DNA of 64,000 nucleotides, from contig NC_087245.1 of the NCBI RefSeq assembly GCF_037042905.1, positions 15,192,001 to 15,256,000 of the forward strand, in the 5' to 3' direction. Below, piece after piece: positions 40,401 through 52,864 of the stretch (position 1 is its first letter; every line of letters starts with the position of its first letter). Below the pieces are notes generated by a model that had not been told where the DNA came from, made no database searches, and saw nothing but the letters and a program-made list of their open reading frames with translations. Source of the DNA: Lytechinus pictus. Its lineage: Eukaryota. Position numbers and translations under genes: made by a program.

Positions 40401-43400
40401 TTTCCTTTTTTTTTCTGTTCAGTCTTTCTTCTTTTCTTTGTCTTAGTCTTTTTCTTTTCTTTTTTTAAATTTATTTTTCTGTTTTTCGATATATATATTT
40501 TTTACTTATTTCTTTTTTCCTTTTCTCTCTTTGTTTAATTTCGCTTTTGTTTTTATTGCAATTGAGAATTTCGTTCATAGATTTTTTTCTGTTACATATT
40601 GTACTAGCCTGGCGGCAGGGAATTTTGATACTGGGGGGGGGGGGGCAAGACAATAACAGACAAATCATTTCAATTAAGCAAGTAATGACCGGCCTAGAAT
40701 AGCTCTCCTCTTTATAAACACCATCCATGAGTGAGAAAAAATAATTAAAACACAATTTGTAAAGAAAAAAAAAGAGGAACGTTTTATGATCAAAAGCAGT
40801 AGTAGCGATATATAAATTGGCCGGGAGGGGGCTTTGGTCGTTGCAGACCAAAATCAGGGTTTGCCGATGGGAATTTCAATAGGGGTTGGGGGAGGAAGAC
40901 AACCAACAGTGAATTCATTTTAAGCAAAATAATGACCTATGGGACATTGCAAGAAACTTGCAATTGAACGCAAGTCAATTTCAAACTCCAAAATCAATTG
41001 AAAGTCTTACTTTTCATTGCAAACTTGCAACTGATTTATTGTTTCTTCCATCAATAAATCTATAAATTGGTTTACTTTAGATGAAATTAGTCTATCACTT
41101 GTAAATTTGCAACCGAATTTTGGGATTGACTGCAAATATTTTCTTGCAACACCCCATAGCTCTCTTTATAAAAAGTGGCCATAATTAAATAAGAAAATTA
41201 ATTTAAAAATAGAACAAAACTTTCAAGAAGGGGGGGGGGGCGTTACATAAAAAAACTGTATACCGTACAGATAGGAGAGGTGGTGTGCCGTTCAAATTAT
41301 ACCAAGAAACAAAAAGAGAAAAGAAAGGATGGTGAAATGTATAATTTTCTATTTAGTACGATACACATCTTGTTCATGCTCTTTAAAACTTGCATGTTTT
41401 AATTTCAAGATTTTTACGGTAAATGATGATTATATTCTTCCCTTTCGGTCCGTTGATATTAAGGTACAATAAAAACCCTTTTTATCAAATAAGATTTCAT
41501 TGACTCCTTTTATGTTTGCACTCAATGCATCAGATATAAATTTAGAAGGTAATATGTACAATTGTAAAATATAACAAATTAATGATATTGTATTTTAAGC
41601 ACTGGTTCAATAATATTTAAACACATATAGGCCTTTTACTTAATAAAGACAAATACAATTTAAAAGAATGCAACAGACCATGTTTGCCATCATGAGCGAA
41701 TGGGCCTGATTTGGGGAAGCTGCTCGCATAAAAGTCACAACTCAAAATTTTTAATAATTCTAATTTTTAATCTTTGATCTTTTTTTTCTTTAAATCTTCA
41801 GAATTATGTTATTGGGTAATGCAATTGGGCATACCATTCACCATTAACATAAATATCATTCATTAGGCACACACCACTAAGCCACAACTGCGTTACAATT
41901 ATCCAACAACTATCCATTAATTATACCACTATATAGGCACATACTACTGAGACACCATATTGGGCATATGGTATACCATTGATACAAATCATACCATTAC
42001 ACATATACCACTGAGACTATTGGATATCACTGAGACACCATTGGGTATATGGTATACCATTCACCATACCAATCATATCATTATAGAGGCACATACTACT
42101 GAGACACCATTGAATACCACTGCACTGAGACACCATTGGTATATGGTATACCATTCATCATACCAATCATACCATTAGAGCCACATATACTACTGAGAGT
42201 CTGAGACACCATTGTATACCACTGAGACACCATTGGGTATGGTATACCATTCATCATACCAATCATACCATTAGAGGCACATACTACTGAGACACCATTG
42301 TATACCACTGAGACACCATTGGTATATGGTATACCATTCACCATACAAATCATACCATTAGAGGCACATACTACTGATACACCATTGAATACCACTGAGA
42401 CACCGTTGGGTGTATGGTATACCATTCATCATACCAATCATACCATTAGAGGCACATACTACTGAGACACCATTGTATACCACTGAGACACCATTGGGTA
42501 TGGTATACCATTCATCATACCAATCATACCATTAGACACATACCACTGAGACACCATTGGGTATATGGTATACCATTTACCATTAAATAAACTACCACTT
42601 ACCATTAAGAACTTACCATTGAAACACCACTTAAATACCATTCGCGTACCATTTACCATTCAGATCACCATTCAACTACCATAAACTACCACTTACCATT
42701 AAAAACTTACCATTGAAACACCACTTAAATACCATTCGCGTACCATTTACCATTCAGATCACCATTCAACTACCATTCGCCACCATTCAAATACCATTGG
42801 CGATTTTTATAAGGGTGGATAGGCTAAAAAACTGAGGACCATCCAGTTTTCACCCTGTTTTGTCATATGTCCATGGATGTTTGGTGTAATCTAGTATATA
42901 TACATGTACAACCTTATCTTGAGAGACATTGTACTCTCACCCTTATCCACATTACATAGCTCCCACCACCACCACATACATAAACACACACACAGTCTTG
43001 TAATTTGTCAATTGGGGACTCACTTATCATTGATTGCCAAAGTGGGGACACGTGTTGGCGGTCTCATGCACTAAACAATTTGAATTTTATCCACTGACAA
43101 GCTCATTTTCGGACATACGTTTGCTCTTACCTTTTCAAAATAATTGTTTTTTTGTACATGATCATTTATTTGAAAAAAATGTCGTGGTGGATTTGTCATG
43201 GTTTTTTTAAATAGTTTTGTTTGAGGGACTCAAATGAAAATTTAATTGTGTTTATTGTCTTTTATTATGGTATATGAATATAGAAATAAAAAAAGATCAA
43301 GGTGATATCTTTTTTCTCAGCATACATGTGTAACTCTTGTCTTACTGTTTGTATTCAGTGAAAGAACTTTGTCTTCGCAGAATGAATGGTAATGATAATA

Positions 43401-46400
43401 ATTCATTTAATTGTCACGTATTCTTCTTTTTTTTTCTCCATCTGTAGCAATGCAATGTGATGGCTGTGCCGAGTATGATCCTTGTATCCCAGTCTGCTCC
43501 ATCTGTGGGCACGAGGGGAGATGGGATGAGAATGGAGAATGCCCTGACACATGTGTTGAGGGGTGCAAATGCCCCGATGGACAGTACTACCATGACGGGG
43601 AATGCGTGGACGCCTGCCCTACCACTACGCCGCCCGTCACCACCCCTTATATCACCACGACACCACCATGGGTATCTACCACAGGACCCCCCACCACAGG
43701 ACCCCCCACCTCTGGTCCCCCCACCACTGGTCCCCACACTCATACCCATACCCACACCTCAACCCAAATCACCACCGTAGAAACAACCTCGGAGACTACC
43801 ACTTCAACCACAACTGTACCATCAACCACCAAACCTTCATTTACTTTTCCACCATACACTCCGCCGTACAACACATGTAAGTGTCCTTCACGTATGGAGG
43901 GAAGTACTTAACACTTTCTCCCAATCTTCTAATGACTGTTCTAAGCAATGGCATGATGAGCATAAAGTTTTGAGGGGGTTGGGCATGGTATCCCAGGTGT
44001 TTTGATAATTGAATGGTGTGAAATAGCTTAGCAACAGTTTGTTTACAACATTCAATGGATTATAGGATGATAATTAGGCAGAAGACTGTTTCCTGCATGA
44101 ATGAAAATAGCTCAAAAAGATAAAATTCTGTCTGAGCTAGCAAATTGCCAATGTAAAAAGCGATGCCATTGCGTAACTCACATTTTGACTTATGATATTA
44201 TAAGCTTTGTCAATGTAATTAATTTGTCGTTGCAACTTTAATAACTTGAGAGTTGGAGTGTGTAGTGTTTATTATTACCCGTATCAGACATCTGAGCTGG
44301 TCATTTACAAAACCGTATTGCCCTAGATTTTCTGAATATCGGGGATGGGATAGGTATATTGTTTGTATTTTGCTCGGTCTCTATGCGCTTATTGACTTTG
44401 AATGAAGATACGATGCAAAATATAACTTTGTATTTTCCCTGGTCTCACATTCGGGCATTTGAGGATGCACGGAAAGAGATATGCTTCATAATGATGCGCA
44501 CAGCAACAATATAAGTCATAATAAAGACAACACTGGATTTGGGCGCTGGATGTGCATCCGACGTCCCTAGTGACGCGGTTTATAATTACAAGTACATCAT
44601 AATGGTAAAGTGCAGAGCCTGGCCCCTGACATAAACATGACACAGTAGAACCATATTATTGAAAGAATATCTAAATTTTTATGATTTTTGCTCTTGATGT
44701 CTGATTTGGATGATAATTGAAATATTGACTGGCTCTTCTTTTGGGGAACATCAAATATATAATATATTGTCCTTAGAAGAACCATATTGCCCTCATCCAA
44801 AGACTCGGGCCAATATGATCCTTTTGTGGGCAATATTTTTTTTCTCTTTTCCTCTTCCTTGAGGATTTATTGTTTCAAAATATTTATATCTTAAGAGTCT
44901 AATGATATCATATTTATAACAGGAATTACAATATATCAATAATTTTCTTGACCTCTAATACACAAAATTGTTTAGATCCGTAATGATTTAAATAAAACTT
45001 CAAATATGAAACAAATTCCGTGATCAATCTCTTATTGCTATGATTTAGATTTTGAAGGTTGCATTTTACATAATGATTATAAACTACAAACTGTGCAACA
45101 TCGATCATCAAATTAATAAGATCAAATTTTGTGGGCAATATACATTATTTGCTTTTCCCCTCAAGGCCACTCAATATTATATAATTAATAATTTATTTTA
45201 ATTTCATTTTGTTTTATCTCCATATCCAACACAATATAACTTAAGGTACACAGTAGCACTGTATAATGTAAAAATCGAAACATAATGAATGACAGTACTG
45301 TAAATAATCAATGTAAAGTGTAAACAGGATATTTTTAGAAACAGGTTGGGTGTAGTGTAGAAGGGACTGCCGAAAAGCAGTATCTTGGCTAGATCTTCCA
45401 CTACATGTAGGTAGTGATATAGTCATAACTGCTCTCATTTGCCCCACTCACCCACCCAGTTGTAAACGTGTACTGGATATGATTAAGCATGTTGAGTACT
45501 AGTTACATAGGTAAATTGCATCTCAGCAATGACTGGGCTAATGTCTAAGCATCTTATTCGTCATGAGGTGATGGATGCAAGTAGCCATTGTTATTATCAC
45601 CATTTACTATTGCATGGTAGGCCTACTTTAAATCAATCCGATATTCTTGAGTTTTAGTAGAAAGGGTTAGTACCTATGTACAGTATGATCTCAAAGTGCG
45701 GTCTAAGGTATTGTCTTGAGTGAACATAATGTGAAGGGAACACCGGGTTTGACATGGTTTAGTGTATTATTATTGAGAGCAATTATGGTAAAGAGATCCT
45801 ATGAATGACACAGCTTCAATCAAGGGGTTTATACTTAATGGACAGAATGCTTTCATTTATAACATATGTTTCTGCTTGAATTCTCTTGAAGGTTATTGCC
45901 ATGGTTACGGTGATCCTCACTACTCAGACTTTAATGGGAACGAATTTGACCATCAAGGTAACTGTACGTACATACTGAGTCAAGACACCTCTCACTCCCC
46001 CCCACTATACACCGTGCTTATCCACAATGTAGAGTGCAAGCGATTCCCTGGGACAACTTGCCCAAAAGAACTTACGGTCATCTATGGCAACTTCATCATT
46101 AAACTCCTGTCTGCATTTTACTACGATGGGGTAAGTTTTTTTTACATCCATTGAAGAAAGAGAAAAAAATGGCATAGTGACTAAATGATAGAAGAATACT
46201 AACAATGAATTAATGAAAAATAACTTTTCTTGCATCAATAAACTTTCTAAAAATCAATAAAACAAAACGTAGCAATCTACCATTTTATAATTTAAAATGA
46301 AATGAGATTTCTTGCTATTACAATTATAAAATGGATTCTGAATCAATTATTTTTTTCAGTCCCATATGGTATCCGTTAACGATGTGAACTATATACCACC

Positions 46401-49400
46401 TTTGAACTTCAGTGGAATCGAAATAACCTCTGTTGGATTTTACCTCATCTTGAAAATTCCTCTCATTGGCCTTGAAGTCCGATTTATACCTCTAGACAAC
46501 AATTATTTCAGCGTGGAGGTTCCTAGGGAACGCTTCTTTAACCTCACTGATGGTCTTTGTGGTGAGTTATTGGTCTATAATCTGAATTCCACTTTAAAGT
46601 AGTTACATGTAGGTATCACTTTTATTCTGATACAAGAAAGTGGTATGAAAATGAACTATTGAATGAACTATTTGAAGAAAAAAGGAAGTCTCATATCCAA
46701 GGGTAGCATCTCCAAATAGTTAAAAAATTCAAGCAGATTACCTTGCTCCACATTAACTTCTTACTCACATAATGGCTTTTAAAAATTTCTTTGTAAGAAT
46801 AAAAAAAAATGATTCTGTTGCTTTCAATGGTGTAGACATAAGAATCATAAATTTATTAAATGACCTGTCTGAGTGTCTCAAATTGTATTATTCTTAGGTA
46901 GAAAGTATTTACAAGTAGTAAATAAAACAAACCTAATTATATTAATGATCAATTCTTCCAACAGCGGTTTTGAATTTTGTCTTCAGAATGTATTCACATA
47001 AAGATGGCTAACTTCTTTAGGATTACATAGCAAGCCATGATACATTGTGCAGTGTACTTTTTATGGAAAATGAATTGTCAAGAAAAGAATCCTGTCATGC
47101 ACTGACCTTTATTTTATGTTTTTTTTTTACTACAGGTAATTGTGGTCATAATGAGACAACATGCGAAGAGGATAGTGATTGCTGCGACTTGATACCCCCT
47201 GAGTATAGTAAAGATTGTGGATGTGATGAAATAATTACTCCATGCCCTCCTACCGATGACAGTCGTAAGTGGTGTAATCATCTCTATGATCCTGTCTTTG
47301 AAGAGTGCCATGCTGTCGTTGACCCTGACCCGTTCTTTCATGACTGCGTATATGACGATTGCTTTGCTAATGACACAACATGCTTTGCTTTTGAAGCCTA
47401 CGCCACTGTGTGCGCTAATCATGGCATTTGCCTAGAATGGAGGAGTGACGACTTGTGTCGTAAGTTTTGATAACCTTTTGATTATCTCTTTCAGACTTTG
47501 CTCTACATGTAAATTTTGCATCCTTGTATATCACATTGCTCCCTTTTTTAGTCTAGTTTGGTGGTCAAACCCCCTGTATTACCCCTTGTTTTTACCTTAT
47601 TAGTTTTGTTATGGCTTGGAAGTACAGCTGCAACACATTCCTTTACAATATATTTGTTTCAATATCCTAGACATAGTTCAGTTTGCTATTAGATTTTTAT
47701 ACATCCTTTGAAATGTCATTAGACCACCTATAACACTGTTATGAATTTTAGTGATATGGCTCACTGTCACAGGGAGCTGAAATCCAGAATATATTTATTG
47801 CATTCACATGCTAATGTTGTTGCTGAATTTTATGGTACATATACCATTATCATTTTTTATTTCACTCAGCAGTTTTCCCTCTTACAAAGGGTTATCGACT
47901 CTTGTGCCATGATGATACTCCCTTGTTTCATATCTCTATGTCTTGAGCATCCTCGTTCAGACCCAACCTTACTACTGTCCCCCTTCTCTGTATTTTCCAA
48001 GTAATATTTGGTTTTCTTTTCCTTGTATGCTCTCTATACTTGCAGATCCCATGCTCTTTTCACAAGTTTGTCATCGTTCCTCCTTAGGACATTGCCCATC
48101 TATTTCAAACAACTTCTCTTCAACCCCCTCCTAAACAGTTTCCTCCATGCCCAAGCTTTCTGTGAGCTCATTTGTGTTCTTTCTATTATAAAGAATACAA
48201 CTTGTGTCTAAAGTGCCCAACAAATCTTGAGTATCATGGTCATGTAATATTTTCCAGTGCTGCATGTCAGATCATTAGCATAAATGACTGCTTTGATAGT
48301 TTTACACAAAGGAACATTACATGTGTCAAATTTTTCTTCATTTGATGTGTGATCAAGTTATTCACATAAGAATTAATTGAAACCAATGCTGATGTTTCTC
48401 CCATTATAATTTTGTCTGTCCAAATTACAGCCATGGACTGTGTCGAACCTTTTGAGTATCGCCAGTGTGTGTGTCCTGATGATGAACATCCTTCCTGCGA
48501 GTTATTTGATCCTGGAGAAATGATGTGTGGAACTGAGCCTGTTAGTGGCTGCTTCTGTCCTGAAGGCACCATGCCTGTTTCAAACGATACCTGTGTGCCG
48601 TGTCGTAAGTATTCTCAATGTTTTATTATTATCAAGGATTCGGTCATTTACTTGGCAGTAAAGTTAGAAAATATCAAATACAATAAGAAGGAAAATGGTA
48701 TACATCCACAGTTAGAGCAAAAGGGATAGAAATCAATTCTCTGAAGCTATGGAATTGATCGTAGTTGTTGGTGAATCGTCCTGTAGTTTAGGCATGTACC
48801 CAGAATGGAGAAATGAATGTAGAAAAATACTTTCAAGGATGTAAAATGGAGTTCAAAGAATTTGAAATAAGGCAGACGTTTCAGCAATCTTCCTACCTGA
48901 TCATGTGCATTCTTCCCAATTTTTTTTACCAGCCTCCAAATTTTACAGTACCCATTGATGAACTTTGGCATGGACTGAAAATATGGGGTCATTATTATTT
49001 TTTTAGAAAGTAGAATCATATACTAAAACCCTTTTTAATTGGATTTTTATATTTCTTTAGCTTCAACTACTCCGATCTATACAACATCTGAGTATTTCTC
49101 CACAACCCAAAAGCAAACAACATTTTTTACAACCACTTCAGAAACTACTTTTGAGACAACCTCACAAACAACATCAACAAGCCCAACTACAACCATCCCA
49201 ACAACAACTATAGGAGTAACGACAGAAAGTATTACTACAACAAATCCTACAACAACTATAGCGTCAACTACTCCTACTTTAACAACGACAGAAGGTTTAA
49301 CTACATTACCTGAAACAACAAAATCAGCCACAACTACTGAAACAACAACAGAAAATGTAAGCACAACAAATCCTACAACAACTATGAAATTAACTACTCC

Positions 49401-52400
49401 TACTTTAACAACTACAGAAGGTTTAACTACATTACCTGAAACAACAAAATCAGCCACAACTACTGAAGCAACAACAGAAAATGTAAGCACAACAAATCCT
49501 ACAACAACTATAGCGTCAACTACTCCTACTTTAACAACGACAGAAGGTTTAACTACATTACCTGAAACAACAAAATCAGCCACAACTACTGAAGCAACAA
49601 CAGAAAATGTAAGCACAACAAATCCTACAACAACTATAGCGTCAACTACTCCTACTTTAACAACGACAGAAGGTTTAACTACATTACCTGAAACAACAAA
49701 ATCAGCCACAACTACTGAAGCAACAACAGAAAATGTTAGCACAACAAATCCAATGACAACTATGGAATCAACTACTCATACTTTAGCAACTACGGAAGGT
49801 TTGACTACATTACCTGAAACAACAAAATCAGCCACAACTACTGAGACAACAACAGAAAATGTTAGCACAACAAATCCTACTACAACTACCACATTAACTA
49901 CTCCTACTTTTACAACTACAGAAAGTTTAACTACATTACCTGAAACAACAAAATCAGCCACAACTACTGAAGCAACAACAGAAAATGTAAGCACAACAAA
50001 TCCTACGACAACTATGGAATTAACTACTCCTACTTTAACAACTACAGAAGGTTTAACTACATTACCTGAAACAACAAAATCAGCCACAACTACTGAAACA
50101 ACAACAGAAAATGTTAGCACAACAAATCCTACGACAACTATGGAATTAACTACTCCTACTTTAACAACTACAGAAGGTTTAACTACATTACCTGAAACAA
50201 CAAAATCAGCCACAACTACTGAAGCAACAACAGAAAATGTAAGCACAACAAATCCTACGACAACTATGGAATTAACTACTCCTACTTTAACAACTACAGA
50301 AGGTTTGACTACTTTACCCGAAACAACAAAATCAGCTACAACTAATGAGGCAACTACATTTGCTTCTACAAAACCTACAACTATGTTTGAAACAACAGCT
50401 GAAGAATCAACATCTGCCACAACTGAATCACTTGAAACAACCACTGAATTCTCCACAACACCTACCACATCACTTCCTACCACAATTCCTCAAGAAACTA
50501 CTTTTTATGAAACCACCACTGAAATTACATCAGAAACCACAGAAACAACTGAGGAAAGGACAACATTGTCTGAAACTACCACCAGGGAAACTGCAACTGG
50601 TGAAGAAACAACTGAGTCTGGAATTGCCACATCACTTTCTACAACATCTTCACATTCCTCTTCTCCCCTTACAACAACAACAACAACACCATTACAGACA
50701 AAAGAAATGTCCACACATTTGCCATTCGAAACAACACCAATGGAAACAACAAAGGAGGGGTTAACAACACAAATGGTAACAAAATCACAGACAACATCTC
50801 AGACCACTCGGGAAGAGACCACAGCAGAAGAAACGACAGAATCAGCAACTACCTCAGAAACTGTATCAACAGTAGGAACAACTGCTTGGGAGGCAACAAC
50901 TGCATCGGAGTCTGGAACCACAACACCCCTGTCGACAACAAAAGTGGGCTCTACTGGTGTTACTACTGATCAAACAATGGAAACTACATCGGTATCATAT
51001 ACTAGTGAAGAAACAACCGCAGCAGCAACAACAATGGCTACTACTTCACAAACAACCATCATGACTAGTTCAGGTACCATCATCAGTCACAAGAGGCCGC
51101 TATCACACATCATACCATCAATCATTCCGATATCATCTCAATCATAAGCAGATACGACTGAAGCAGGCATCTTATGATGCTTGGCATGTTTAGGGACCTG
51201 TATCATTTAACAAAGTGATATATGATGGGGCTGATTTTATGATTGGTCATGCATGATAATGAATGTGATCAATCATAGATATTAGCCCTACATGTATGAT
51301 CAATTGCCAAGCTTTACGTTACAGGCCCTGGGACCCGTTTGCATAAAAAATACTATTGCGGTAACCTTGCCATCCAATAGTGACTACCATGGTAACGCTG
51401 ATCAACAGCCAATCAAAAACAAGGATTCCATGCAAGATACCATTGGATGGCAAAGTTACCATAATGCAATGGGGCCCAGGTCTCCATATACATCCTCAGA
51501 CCTAGTGTTACCAACAATCTCTTGTTATGATGAACTCTACTGAAGTGTAGAATAGAGATATTTTCTCATTCAAGAGATAACTGTTGTGTTAATCACTGAG
51601 AGCAGTTTTTCGATTCAAATTCTCCATTAAAGTAAACCAAAACTTTATGGTTCTATAAATTGTTGCATTCATTTCTTAAAAAAAAGGTGCAAAATGTCAG
51701 GCCTACATGCATTATATCCATTGCAAATTTTGATACAGTATGTTTTCATCATGGTTTTATCTGTACATGGAGGTGTTGGGGCATCCATTTGACATCAATA
51801 TTTTGTTGGCATTGCAATTCATTGTAAAGCCCTCACCAGTCACATTCCCACCACTGTGTCAGTCGACACATGGTATTTCATCTTGAATCAGCCATCTGAC
51901 TTGGATGAGTATTTGTACCGAACACAAATTGAATACCATTATCCCAAGGTGCGAGTGAAGCAACGACCGATGTAAACCAACCAAGCAGATACACTTTTCA
52001 CACCAGCGAACAGACTCAAGCAACCGATGTCATTACAGGTAGCGCGTCTAGTACGGATACGTTCACGGATGCAGTTACCCGACCTGACTGTTGCGATGGG
52101 GAGTGCACAGAAGGTGAATGATCACCATCTTCATCATCCGGATGCAACAATGTAATCAACATCAGCATCATGTTCATCATCATCATCGTAATCAAGTTTG
52201 CATTTTTTCCCCTTCAGTATCCCCGTACCTCCTGTTCAACATTGAAGCATAATCATGTCGACAACTTTCGTACTGAATAACATCAATCAATTCTCACAAT
52301 GCCTAATCGCAACACATCATGGCCACACAACATATTTTCTTTTCTTTGTGCAAAGAAACATATCCCTCATTGATGAGAAGTGTAATTTGTAGGAATTCTT

Positions 52401-52803
52401 CACAACCTGCCTCCTACCATTCTCCAAACATATCGTGTGTAACGTACTAAGATTCAACATTGTCACAGCATAGCATTTCTCATTTTCTCACTCATATAAC
52501 TGTTGGGTTTTTTTTACGTATCGTGATTAGCATCACTCAAGTATTACATGTTCACAAATACTTTCATCCCTCAAAAACGAAACGTAATGTGATTCTTTGT
52601 TCTTTATATCTCGCTTATTTGATTATTTTAATTGAGTTATTTGAGAATCAAAACTGCATTGCCCTAGCATAAGAAATAGCATATAAATGGATGTAACATC
52701 TCATTATTAGTATCTCTAACTGTAAATATGTTAATGGTATTAATTGCTGGTAAAGTGAAATTTTTTTATCACAGCTATGTAATAGTTAATGACATATTTT
52801 TCC

Positions 52804-52864
<61 letters not shown>

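Larger units (their letters stand above)
31621..42815. mobile_element. 11.2-kb TIR DNA transposon-like element (CMC/EnSpm-like) in intron 20
   Basis: Ends CCCTTATAAAAA ... TTTTTATAAGGG, flanked by TG on both sides; ACCATT-rich subterminal arrays at both ends. Confidence 0.7.

Noticed and set aside
41940..42570. Regularly spaced repeats resembling a CRISPR array
   Set aside because: Whole units repeat with no unique spacers, the context is eukaryotic, and there are no cas genes.
49077..50714. Long Val-rich minus-strand ORFs
   Set aside because: They are the antisense shadow of the Thr-codon PTS repeat.
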